Source: an uncultured Bdellovibrionales bacterium (lineage in GTDB: Bacteria > Patescibacteriota > Minisyncoccia > Moranbacterales > UBA1568). Taken from it: a DNA stretch of 64,000 nt. The notes under the pieces are model-generated. The model was not told the DNA's origin. It ran no database searches and saw only the letters and a list, made by a program, of their open reading frames with translations. A program made the translations under genes and the position numbers. Of this stretch, positions 36,631-45,970 are shown one piece after another; the first letter of the stretch is position 1; each line of letters begins with the position of its first letter. Location: the NCBI GenBank assembly GCA_964579335.1, contig CAZOFS010000002.1:9581-73580 (forward strand), written 5' to 3'.

Positions 36631-39279
36631 TTATTTCCCATGGCATTTTTTATACTTCTTGCCAGATCCGCATGGACAAGGATCATTGCGGCCGATTGAT
36701 GCCGTGTTGTGAATCGGGGCCTGGACTTCCCGTGCATTGCCTTTATCGCCCATCATTTGTCGCATGTCACCGCTAAACTGTTCAATATTTTCTGAGGCAC
36801 CTTTGAATTCAAGTGCGCGCGGCACCGAAGACGTCACCGTCGGCTGAGCGGGAGTGAGTTTCATGAGTGAGACGAGATAGGTCTTCCGTACCGTGTCCAA
36901 AAGTCCTTGAAAGAGATCGTAGGCCTCACGTTTGTATTCGATGAGTGGGTCACGCTGACCATATCCCCGGAGACCAATCCCCTGGCGCAGATAATCGATC
37001 TCGTCGAGATGATTCATCCACAGCGTATCGAGCGACTGGAGGAGGAGCATACGCTGGAGGTTGTTCCAGGTCTCGGCTCCGATGAGAGTCTCTTTGGCGC
37101 TATACACACGCTTGGCCTCACCGATGAGGTACTCGGTAATGGTGGTTTTCTTTTCAGCTTCCGTTTTGGAGCGATCATCATGGATAGCTTCAAGTTTGGT
37201 CATAGCTTCCTTCTCAGAAAGCTCGGGGAAAAGAGTATTGGCTTCGGCCACGATTTCTTTGATCTGCCACTCACCTTCCTCGCCTACCGCATGAAACCCG
37301 ACGACTCGTTCAAATTCATCTCGGAAAAGTTCCAGCGTGGTATCACGAGTATCAGTCATGGTAAGCCAGGCGAAACGCTTTTTGTAGACCACTTCACGCT
37401 GCTTATTCATCACGTCGTCATAGTCGAGCACATGTTTGCGGAGATCGAAGTTGTAACCCTCGATTTTGGATTGGGCACTCTCGATGGTTTTCGAGACCAG
37501 GCCGTTTTCGATCGGCTCGTCTTCAGGGAGGCCGAGTTTATTCATAATATTCTGCAGCCGATCCCCGCCGAAGCGCCGCATGAGTTCATCTTCAAGTGAC
37601 ACGTAGAACTGCGATGCTCCCGGGTCACCCTGGCGCCCAGCCCGACCACGCAACTGATTGTCGATACGTCTAGCTTCATGTCGCTCGGTACCGATGATCA
37701 CCAGTCCACCGAGCTCCTTCACACCCTCACCGAGCTTAATATCGGTCCCACGACCGGCCATATTGGTCGCGATCGTCACAGCATCGCGCTGGCCAGCATT
37801 CTTGATAATCTGCGCTTCACGCTCGTGATTCTTGGCATTGAGCACTTCATGCGGGACACCCGCTTGCGTGAGGAGGGTCGAGAGATACTCGGACTTTTCG
37901 ATAGCGATGGTACCGATGAGGACCGGCTGCCCCGTGGAATGAATCTCTTTAACCCGCTCGACAATAGCTCGGAATTTACCGGCTTCGTTTTTGTACACCA
38001 CATCTGGAGCATCGCGTCGTACCAGAGGCCGATGAGTGGGAATTTCAGTCACATCGATTTCATATACCTTGGCAAATTCCTCAGCTGAAGTAGAAGCTGT
38101 ACCGGTCATCCCAGCGAGCTTGTCGTAAATACGAAAATAGTTTTGGAAGGTGATCGTAGCCAAAGTACGCGACTCCCGCTGCACCGCGACACCTTCCTTA
38201 GCTTCGATGGCTTGGTGGAGACCATCGCTGTAACGCCGGCCTGGCATGAGACGCCCAGTAAAGTCATCAACGATAATTACTTCACCATCCTTGACGACAT
38301 AGTCGCGGTCACGATTGAAAATGATATGTGCTTTGAGCGATTGCTCGAGGTGATGGACATACTGCACATTGCCACTGGCATACATATCCCCCATCCCAAG
38401 GAGCTTCTCCACATGTTCGATACCTGCATCAGTCAGCGTCACTACCTTCATCTTTTCATCCACGGCATAGTCGGTCTCCGCTTGAAGGCGTGGGATAATG
38501 CTGGCAAAGCGTTCATAGAGTTTGGTGGATTCGGTATCGGGCGCCGAGATAATAAGCGGGGTCCGTGCTTCATCGATGAGGATCGAGTCAACTTCATCGA
38601 CGATGGCAAAGTGAAGCTCACGCTGCACTCGGTCCTCGAGCCGCGCCACCATATTGTCTCGGAGATAATCAAAGCCAAATTCATTGTTGGTTCCGTAGGT
38701 GATATCGGAGGCATAGGCCTCACGTCGCGAAACGGGCTCGAGGTTTTCCATCTCGACTGTGACGGCATCGGTATCGGCCACTTTGGGCACATAGCGGTAC
38801 GAAGCGCCCTGCCCCAGGATGCAGCCGGTTGAGAGTCCGAGGAAGTGATACACCTGACCCATCCAACTCGCATCACGTTTGGCGAGGTAATCATTGACGG
38901 TCACCACATGCACCCCCTTCCCCGAGAGGGCATTGAGGTAAATAGGCAAGGTCGAGGTCAAAGTCTTACCTTCACCGGTTTTCATTTCAGCAATTTTCCC
39001 GGAGTGGAGCACCATCCCACCAATCATCTGTACATCGTAGTGGCGCTCACCAATCACACGTTTGGCTGCCTCCCTGACTACCGCAAAGGCCTCGGGCAAG
39101 AGCTCATCGAGGGTTACACCCTGTTTGAGCCGCTCACGGAATTCTACCGTCTTCGCTGCAAGCGCCTCGTCGGAAAGGGCCTGAAGTACCGACTCAAAAG
39201 CAGCGATCTCGGGTAAACGTGGTCTCAATTTATCGATTTCCCGCTCATTGGAGCCAAACAGTTTCTGAAGAAAGTTCAT
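36631..39279 (-). CDS. secA: Preprotein translocase subunit SecA
   Basis: MKTGEGKT, DEVDSILIDEARTPLIIS, QLRGRAGRQGDPG, C-terminal SEC-C CPCGSGKKYKKCH. Confidence 0.98.
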   Translation of the reverse strand: MNFLQKLFGSNEREIDKLRPRLPEIAAFESVLQALSDEALAAKTVEFRERLKQGVTLDELLPEAFAVVREAAKRVIGERHYDVQMIGGMVLHSGKIAEMKTGEGKTLTSTLPIYLNALSGKGVHVVTVNDYLAKRDASWMGQVYHFLGLSTGCILGQGASYRYVPKVADTDAVTVEMENLEPVSRREAYASDITYGTNNEFGFDYLRDNMVARLEDRVQRELHFAIVDEVDSILIDEARTPLIISAPDTESTKLYERFASIIPRLQAETDYAVDEKMKVVTLTDAGIEHVEKLLGMGDMYASGNVQYVHHLEQSLKAHIIFNRDRDYVVKDGEVIIVDDFTGRLMPGRRYSDGLHQAIEAKEGVAVQRESRTLATITFQNYFRIYDKLAGMTGTASTSAEEFAKVYEIDVTEIPTHRPLVRRDAPDVVYKNEAGKFRAIVERVKEIHSTGQPVLIGTIAIEKSEYLSTLLTQAGVPHEVLNAKNHEREAQIIKNAGQRDAVTIATNMAGRGTDIKLGEGVKELGGLVIIGTERHEARRIDNQLRGRAGRQGDPGASQFYVSLEDELMRRFGGDRLQNIMNKLGLPEDEPIENGLVSKTIESAQSKIEGYNFDLRKHVLDYDDVMNKQREVVYKKRFAWLTMTDTRDTTLELFRDEFERVVGFHAVGEEGEWQIKEIVAEANTLFPELSEKEAMTKLEAIHDDRSKTEAEKKTTITEYLIGEAKRVYSAKETLIGAETWNNLQRMLLLQSLDTLWMNHLDEIDYLRQGIGLRGYGQRDPLIEYKREAYDLFQGLLDTVRKTYLVSLMKLTPAQPTVTSSVPRALEFKGASENIEQFSGDMRQMMGDKGNAREVQAPIHNTASIGRNDPCPCGSGKKYKKCHGK

Positions 39280-39410
39280 AATAAAAATTGAAGAAAAAGC
39301 TTTTTTCAAGCCATAAAAGTCCACTTTAGGGTAGCAAAAAATGAGACTTCCGTAAAGGAAGCTCATCTTTGGGTTATACCGCATTCTTCATTCCAAGTTT
39401 TCTCTTCTTT

Positions 39411-39758
39411 CTAGAACCTCGCGGCTTGGTCGAGGACAACTTTCTTCTTGATACTACGCTGACCGCGACGCTTGAGGTCACGACTCTTGGTTTTGTTTTT
39501 GGCGAGTTGAGCTTCAAGCTCATCAACCGCGATATCGAGTGAGCCCTCGACACTGACCGACGTTTCCTCAGCCCGATAGAGATTATGCGGGGTTTTAATC
39601 ATCACTTCCACCCGGAACTTCCCTTTTTTGTCTTTGGTAACTTCTACTTCGAAGCGACTGACTGGATCTACGAGTTTGGCTAGTCGTTTCAAACGTTTGT
39701 CGATATAGTCACTGGTACGATCATCGAGCTCGAGTCCCTTCGTCAGATAGCGGGTCAT
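39411..39758 (-). CDS. hpf: Ribosome hibernation factor HPF/RaiA
   Basis: YIDKRL.RL, RAEE...S.D.AVD.LE.QL.K pattern; canonical position upstream of secA. Confidence 0.8.
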   Translation of the reverse strand: MTRYLTKGLELDDRTSDYIDKRLKRLAKLVDPVSRFEVEVTKDKKGKFRVEVMIKTPHNLYRAEETSVSVEGSLDIAVDELEAQLAKNKTKSRDLKRRGQRSIKKKVVLDQAARF

Positions 39759-39812
39759 ACGCGTTATGCCTTACGTATTACCCTACTATTCTAACACGAG
39801 ACATTCCTCGCC

Positions 39813-40016
39813 CTACAATAAACCCTGATAAGCTTCTCCGAGACCAGAGAGAAGGAATGGAAGGATAATCATAGCAGCAATGATCGGTAAAAGCACCAGC
39901 CCTAGTTGAGCTACTAAACCCCAGAAGAGGTACCGCTGCACTTTCTCAACACCCATTTCTACTCGTGCCAAGCGCTCATCAAATTGTTTGAGTTGATTTT
40001 CAGTCAGTGTTTCCAT
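39813..40016 (-). CDS. Small membrane protein
   Basis: Short coiled coil followed by a hydrophobic hairpin. Confidence 0.65.
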   Translation of the reverse strand: METLTENQLKQFDERLARVEMGVEKVQRYLFWGLVAQLGLVLLPIIAAMIILPFLLSGLGEAYQGLL

Positions 40017-40044
40017 ATATAACTAGTATACCCTAGTTTTACGT

Positions 40045-40082
40045 AAAAAAATCGAGCGGGGTCCAAAGTTTCTGGATCCCGC
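40045..40082 (-). terminator. Hairpin terminator after ORF 40100-40366
   Basis: GCGGGGTCCA...TGGATCCCGC with minus-strand tail TCGA-T7. Confidence 0.7.
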
Positions 40083-40099
40083 CAAAGACACTGTAGCCC

Positions 40100-40366
40100 T
40101 CACTCGGTTGGCTGACGTTCTACTGGTTGGAGACCATCGAGCTGAACAGGGGGGCTCGAACCGTCCTCTAACAACCTTTGAGTATCCCAAACCGTCCCAG
40201 AGGTAACGAGCTGCATATCCCACGCCGCATCAGCTGGTATGAGCTGGATTGCCATTGCCATCCCTTGGCAGGCTTCAGAACAGTAGGTACCCCAGTGCCA
40301 TTGTTGTGGCTCTATCCCCTTCAGGAAGACAGAGCAACCAATTCGTTCGCAACGAAAGTCACTCAT
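40100..40366 (-). CDS. Small Zn-finger-like protein (SD-led)
   Basis: CxxxxC...YCSEAC; AGGAG before ATG; own terminator. Confidence 0.6.
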   Translation of the reverse strand: MSDFRCERIGCSVFLKGIEPQQWHWGTYCSEACQGMAMAIQLIPADAAWDMQLVTSGTVWDTQRLLEDGSSPPVQLDGLQPVERQPTE

Positions 40367-40448
40367 GACGTCTCCTGTGATAGGGTCATATCTTCAGTCT
40401 ACTCTCTCTATCAAAAGAAAAAATATTTTTGTCAAATTGGAAATCCAC

Positions 40449-41378
40449 TTAGAAACCAACGAGCTGCACTTCTTCTCGAAGCTCCACTCCGAGCTCGGTG
40501 CGGACCCGTTGCTTCACGAGCGACGCAAGCATAATCACATCTTCAGCGGTGGCATGACCAGTATTCACAAAATAGTTTGGGTGCTGGGAACTGACCTGAG
40601 CTCCTCCAATTTTCTTACCCCGAAGACCCACATGATCGATGAGCCAGCCAGCCGGAAGTTTACCGTCTTTGGATGGCACTCCAATATCTTTTTGAAATTC
40701 TACATGGAGCTTCTCATCTTTGACCACAGGATTCATGAAAAATGACCCTGCGCACTGGGCCGTTTGCGGGTGTTTGGCCTCCCGCTTAGCAATAGTGTCG
40801 TGATTAATCTGTGCCAGCTCTTCCTGATCGCCAGGCTTGAGTGAGAGCTCAGCTGAGAGGATAACTATCTCTGGGTGAAGTTTGAAATAACTTGAACGGT
40901 ACGTAAATTCACACTGGGATTGAGCAAAATCACGCAGACGACTTTCTTTTCGATCGTAGATTTTGACACTCTTAACCACATCACCAATCTCCATCCCAAA
41001 GGCCCCAGCATTGCCACGAATAGCTCCACCGAGTGAGCCCGGTATCCCTGCCAGACGCTCCATACCAGCAAGACTGTGCTTTGTCGCGAGTTCTACGACC
41101 GAGAGAAGTTTGGCCCCAGCGTCAGCCAAGATAGTTGACTGATGTGCCCGAGCACTTTCATTCCTGAGGTGAATCACAAGCCCAGACACGCCCTTGTCAG
41201 CAATGAGGAGATTGCTCCCACCAGCCAATACAAACACTCGCAACTGGTTCTTTTCAGCATAATCGAGAGCTTCATTCAATTCTCCGATAGTGGAGACAGC
41301 GACATAAAACTCAGCTGGACCACCAATCTTAAAAGTAGTGAGGGGCGCTAACGGTACATGTGGTTTAATCGTAAGCAT
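40449..41378 (-). CDS. murB: UDP-N-acetylmuramate dehydrogenase
   Basis: TTFKIGGPA, GGSNLL, GIPGSLGGA..GNAGAFG, AGSFFMNP. Confidence 0.97.
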   Translation of the reverse strand: MLTIKPHVPLAPLTTFKIGGPAEFYVAVSTIGELNEALDYAEKNQLRVFVLAGGSNLLIADKGVSGLVIHLRNESARAHQSTILADAGAKLLSVVELATKHSLAGMERLAGIPGSLGGAIRGNAGAFGMEIGDVVKSVKIYDRKESRLRDFAQSQCEFTYRSSYFKLHPEIVILSAELSLKPGDQEELAQINHDTIAKREAKHPQTAQCAGSFFMNPVVKDEKLHVEFQKDIGVPSKDGKLPAGWLIDHVGLRGKKIGGAQVSSQHPNYFVNTGHATAEDVIMLASLVKQRVRTELGVELREEVQLVGF

Positions 41379-41386
41379 AGAAGTAT

Positions 41387-42799
41387 TTATGTTGACGAGG
41401 AATGAACAAGGGTTTCAGCTACCTGCCACACATCTCCAGCACCCATAGTGACAACGAGATCTCGCGGACCGAGTTCCTGATGTAGAGTTTTGATAAGCTC
41501 GGATCGATTAGGAGTATAGAAAGCTTTGCCTGGGTACACCTGATTGATGCGTTCCACCAGATCGCTACTCATAACTCCGCCCTGGGTTTCCCGGGCACTC
41601 CCATAGATATCAAGAAGGTAGACTTGATCGGCTGCACTAAGTGTCTCAGCAAAGCCAGGGAGTAAAGCTTTGGTCCGAGTGTAGGTATGTAGATGAAAGA
41701 TAACCTTGAGTAAACGGTTGGGGTAGAGCTCTCGAAAGGCAGTGAGGGTCACTCTAATTTCATCGGGATGATGAGCATAATCATCAAAAATGAGAGCCCC
41801 CTGATATTCACCGATCAATTCGAAACGGCGCTTGGTACCGGCAAAGAGCTCCAAACTGTGAGCAAGTGACTCAAACGGGAGCTTGAGCGAGAGCGCGAGG
41901 GCTATCACAGCTCCAGCATTTTCGGCATTGTGCTTCCCAGCGAGTCTAAGTGTAAAGGGACCTAGGCGTTTTCCTTGGTGTTCAACTGAGAAACGCTGAC
42001 GCAAGCCCTGCTTTCCTTCGGGACTTTCCGGATCTATCACGCTTATATCCACCACCCGTACATCATTGCCCTCGAGTAGGCCATAGAACACTTTCGCGCT
42101 GGGGCAATGCTCGGCCACCACTCGCACCCGCGCATCATCACCATTGGCAATGAGGACGCCATGTCGTGGGATACGGGCTACAAACCGTTCAAACACGGCT
42201 TCATACTCGGTTACCGTAGGAAAGAAGTCCGGATGGTCCCACGCCACGCTAGTCAAAACCACCGCCAAGGGATGGTAGTAGCGCAATTTATCCTGATATT
42301 CATCAGCTTCGATCACGAGGTATTGTCCGTCACCAGCAAGCGCTCCACCACCCCAGCGTTTGATCTCACTCCCCACGATAGCTGACGGTGCGAGCTCCAT
42401 ACCTTGAAGTACATCCGCGAGGAGAGCTGTAGTAGTAGTCTTCCCATGTGTACCACAGACAGCGATGGTTAGCTTGTTTTGTGTGAGAAGCCCCAGAGCC
42501 TCAGGGTAAGAAAAAATTGGTTTCCCAGTTGCAAAGGCAAGCCGCAGTTCTTCATTGTTGTCCTGAGTATAAGCAGTAGAGTAGATAAAAGCCGTCGCAC
42601 CTTCTGGAACATTGGTCGCCGCAAAAGGTTGATACACCGTGATACCTAACCGCTTGAGCACGGCATCAGTATAAAACACTTCTTCCGTATCTGACCCAGA
42701 CACCACCACTCCATGGCGCATGAGAAGTTCAGCGAGCGCGGTCATGCCAGCACCCTTGATTCCAATGAGATACACTGCTTTGGCTGCTAAAAGATTCAT
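41387..42799 (-). CDS. murC: UDP-N-acetylmuramate--L-alanine ligase
   Basis: IGIKGAGM, GTHGKTTT, EADEY, DHPD, DDYAHHP, MGAGD. Confidence 0.96.
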   Translation of the reverse strand: MNLLAAKAVYLIGIKGAGMTALAELLMRHGVVVSGSDTEEVFYTDAVLKRLGITVYQPFAATNVPEGATAFIYSTAYTQDNNEELRLAFATGKPIFSYPEALGLLTQNKLTIAVCGTHGKTTTTALLADVLQGMELAPSAIVGSEIKRWGGGALAGDGQYLVIEADEYQDKLRYYHPLAVVLTSVAWDHPDFFPTVTEYEAVFERFVARIPRHGVLIANGDDARVRVVAEHCPSAKVFYGLLEGNDVRVVDISVIDPESPEGKQGLRQRFSVEHQGKRLGPFTLRLAGKHNAENAGAVIALALSLKLPFESLAHSLELFAGTKRRFELIGEYQGALIFDDYAHHPDEIRVTLTAFRELYPNRLLKVIFHLHTYTRTKALLPGFAETLSAADQVYLLDIYGSARETQGGVMSSDLVERINQVYPGKAFYTPNRSELIKTLHQELGPRDLVVTMGAGDVWQVAETLVHSSST

Positions 42800-42811
42800 G
42801 TGAGAGTGTAA

Positions 42812-43924
42812 CTAATACAAAGAAATGAGACCCTCTGCAATCAGTCGAGCTGCTTCAGGATGATAGAACCGATGGATACCAGCGCTCATAGCCTGACGCT
42901 TGGCTTCATCATTGAGGAGCTCGAGAATTTTGGCCGTGAAGAGATGCTCGCCCACATTGGCTTCCTCGATCACAATCGCTCCACCCGTACTCGCCACTTC
43001 ATAGGCATTGAGACGCTGCTCATCATTGGCCGCCGTTGGGAGTGGGACGAGGATGGTTGGCTTTTTGGTCGCTGCGAGCTCGGTGATACTCCCTGCTCCC
43101 GCCCGCGAAATGACAAGGGTCGCCGCGGCATAGGCTACCCCCATTTCAGTAGCATTGAGAAAAGCGACTGGGCGATAGGTCGTGGTAGCCGCCGTAATTC
43201 CTACTTCCTCCGCCAAACGAATTACCTCTTCGGTGTTTTCTTGTCCGACGAGATGGAGCACTTGCACTCCTTGCTCCAGAAGCTCAGGGAGCATCTTGAT
43301 AATGATTCGGTTAAGCGCTCGAGCACCGAGACTGCCGCCCATGACTACTACGATTGGTTTACTGAGATCAAACCCAAACAGTGTCGGAGCTTGACTCGCG
43401 TCACCAGTGAGGATCTCGCCTCGCACAGGGTTGCCGGTGAGCATCACTTTTTCAGATGGGAAAAACTGACGAGCATGCTCATAGGCGATAGCGATTCGCT
43501 TGGCAAAACGCGCCACCCAACGGTTGGCTCGGCCTGCGACCGCGTCAGAATCATGGAGAAGGATGGGGATACGATACACCCAAGCTGCTATGGCGATAGG
43601 TACCGAAGCGGCTCCACCCTTGGAAAAAATCACATCGGGCATAAACCAGAGGAGATGCCAGAGGGCTTGGAGGCACGCAATGGGAAATTTGAAGATATCA
43701 ATGTAGTTGAGCAGCGAAAAGTAGCGGCGCCACTTGGCCGTCAAGAGATACTTAGCCCGAATACCTTCAGAATGCATGGCACTTTCCTCAAAAGGACCGC
43801 GCGAACCAAGGAATAGGAAATCTACGTCGCCCTCAGTGAGAGAACGTACCTCTCGAGCCACAGCAATAAGAGGAAAAGTATGTCCTCCCGACAGTCCACC
43901 AGTAAGTACTATACGTTTGGCCAT
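42812..43924 (-). CDS. murG: Lipid II GlcNAc transferase MurG
   Basis: GGLSGGH.FP, GNPVR, GGSLGA, SRAGA, EQ..NA. Confidence 0.96.
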   Translation of the reverse strand: MAKRIVLTGGLSGGHTFPLIAVAREVRSLTEGDVDFLFLGSRGPFEESAMHSEGIRAKYLLTAKWRRYFSLLNYIDIFKFPIACLQALWHLLWFMPDVIFSKGGAASVPIAIAAWVYRIPILLHDSDAVAGRANRWVARFAKRIAIAYEHARQFFPSEKVMLTGNPVRGEILTGDASQAPTLFGFDLSKPIVVVMGGSLGARALNRIIIKMLPELLEQGVQVLHLVGQENTEEVIRLAEEVGITAATTTYRPVAFLNATEMGVAYAAATLVISRAGAGSITELAATKKPTILVPLPTAANDEQRLNAYEVASTGGAIVIEEANVGEHLFTAKILELLNDEAKRQAMSAGIHRFYHPEAARLIAEGLISLY

Positions 43925-43990
43925 AGAAACAATCAGTAGTTAACAATAAGTGGGCTATAGATATCTAGCCTCTCATCTCCACACCTTCGC

Positions 43991-45112
43991 CTACTTCAGT
44001 GTAGAGTGCCGTGACACGTTGAGCAAGATGCCCACTGAAGCCATGAGAATCGCAAGTGATGTCCCTCCGAAACTGATAAATGGGAGTGTAATACCAGTAA
44101 GTGGAATGAGACCAGAAATAGCTGAAATATTGATAAAAGCTTGGCAAACTACCCAAGCAGTGATGCCGGTTGCTAGGAGCTTCCCAAAGAGATCTGGTGC
44201 TCCCCGAGCAATACGCATCCCTCGCCATAAGAAGAGCACAAAGAGTGAGAGGACAATCGTCACTCCCAAAAGTCCCGTTTCTTCCGACAATACGGCGAAA
44301 ATAGAGTCAGTGACTGGCTCTGGGAGATAATTAAACTTTTGCCGACTATGCCCGAGCCCAACACCAAAGAGCCCCCCTGACCCGATAGCGAGGAGCGCCT
44401 GAGTCATTTGATAGCCTGCTCCGAGTGGGTCATGCTCTGGATTGAGGAACACGAGGAAACGTTGCATCCGGTACGGCGCAATTTTGATGAGAAGCGCCAG
44501 GAAAGCCAGTGCCCCAAGCACCAGTCCAAAGAGATGCATCAGACTGGCACCGGAAACAAAGAATATAGCCAGCGCGACGCAAAAGATGAGTCCAAGGGTT
44601 CCAGTGTCAGGCTGCTTGATAATGAGAAACCCGACTACCATGAGAATCATGAGGAACGGAAGAAATCCTTCATAGAAATCCTTGGCATGCCGCTCTCCTC
44701 GCCGTGAGAGCCAGGCTGCCAGATAGAGAATAATGGAGAGCTTCATCACTTCTGATGGCTGGAAAGAAACAAGCCCAAAGTCAACCCAGCGAGCTGCTCC
44801 ATATACCGTCGTCCCAAAACCAGGGATGAAGACAAGAATAAGGAGCCCGATAGCCGTAAGGAAAATGGGTATAACAAACTTTTGCCAGAGGGTGTACGGG
44901 ATCCGCTCACAAATAAGGAGGAGAATAGTCCCTACTCCCAATCCAATCAATTGTTCTTTGAAAAAGTAATACGGATCATCAAAGCGTACATTGCCATACG
45001 ATACTCCAGCTGAAGCAATCATCGTGAGACCAATTCCCAATAAGAGAAACAAGACCAGCTTGAGCACTCGATCACTTTCGCCCTTAGTTTTGAATAGACC
45101 AGCCAATCCCAT
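43991..45112 (-). CDS. ftsW: SEDS protein FtsW
   Basis: GAARW, FQPSE..K, QPD.GT, LPEPVTDSIF, TGITLPFISFGG; upstream of murG. Confidence 0.93.
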   Translation of the reverse strand: MGLAGLFKTKGESDRVLKLVLFLLLGIGLTMIASAGVSYGNVRFDDPYYFFKEQLIGLGVGTILLLICERIPYTLWQKFVIPIFLTAIGLLILVFIPGFGTTVYGAARWVDFGLVSFQPSEVMKLSIILYLAAWLSRRGERHAKDFYEGFLPFLMILMVVGFLIIKQPDTGTLGLIFCVALAIFFVSGASLMHLFGLVLGALAFLALLIKIAPYRMQRFLVFLNPEHDPLGAGYQMTQALLAIGSGGLFGVGLGHSRQKFNYLPEPVTDSIFAVLSEETGLLGVTIVLSLFVLFLWRGMRIARGAPDLFGKLLATGITAWVVCQAFINISAISGLIPLTGITLPFISFGGTSLAILMASVGILLNVSRHSTLK

Positions 45113-45123
45113 GGTATTGCATT

Positions 45124-45792
45124 TTAGTGAGTGTTCGTGTCAGTTTTGGATTGGCGCCAAGCTTCGATCAGAGCGTGGTGGCCCGAAAGAAGCACCGGGG
45201 GTACGGCCCAGTCTTTATAAACTTCTGGCTTGGTGTACTGAGGATACTCGCGGGTCACTCCATCACTAAATGATTCGGTAAGTGCACTCGTAACATTGCC
45301 CAGGACTCCAGGAACGAGTCGCGCTACAGCATCCACCACCATCATAGCTGGGAGTTCCCCGCCAGTGAGGACAAAGTCCCCGATCGAGAGTTCTTCATCG
45401 ACCAAGTGCTCAGCTACCCGCTCATCCACGCCCTCATAGCGCCCACAGAGGAGGATAAGACGATCATATTCAGTCAAACGGCGCGCATCGGCCTGAACAA
45501 ACCGCTTTCCTTTGGCTGAGAGGAGAATCACCCTGGTCCGTTCATCTTTGCTTTTTGATGTTTGATTTTTAATTTCCTCGAGGGCTCGATCAAATGGTTC
45601 TACCTTCATCACCATCCCTGCTCCACCGCCATAAGGCGTATCGTCAGTTGTATGGTGTTTATCAGTCGTCCAATCTCTAAGTTGATGGAGATGAATTTCA
45701 ATTTTTTGTTCAGCAATGGCCCGCTTCAAAATCGAAGCTTCTATGTAGCTCTTAAGACTCTCTGGAAAAATAGAAATGATATCAAACCGCAT
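45124..45792 (-). CDS. trmD: tRNA (guanine-N1)-methyltransferase
   Basis: DDTPYGGGAGM, CGRYEGVDER, SIGDFVLTGGE, LLSGHH. Confidence 0.97.
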   Translation of the reverse strand: MRFDIISIFPESLKSYIEASILKRAIAEQKIEIHLHQLRDWTTDKHHTTDDTPYGGGAGMVMKVEPFDRALEEIKNQTSKSKDERTRVILLSAKGKRFVQADARRLTEYDRLILLCGRYEGVDERVAEHLVDEELSIGDFVLTGGELPAMMVVDAVARLVPGVLGNVTSALTESFSDGVTREYPQYTKPEVYKDWAVPPVLLSGHHALIEAWRQSKTDTNTH

Positions 45793-45970
45793 ACAATAAC
45801 CTACAATGGATAACCCATCACCAATAGCGAATGTACAAACAAAACACGAGCTCTATCACCCGAGAGAGCTTTCCCCTATTTTAACACGTTTTGGCTTTAA
45901 AAAGCTTAGCCCAAGAGGAGAAAGGGCGATCGGGCACACTCGAACGCCTCCCTCTCCTTTTGGGCCAAAA

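Noticed and set aside
39280-39384. N-terminal extension of SecA, and likewise of the acetate-CoA ligase (49791-49982)
   Set aside because: Family homology begins at MNFLQKLFG and MSLHTLF; the extensions are AT-rich intergenic sequence.
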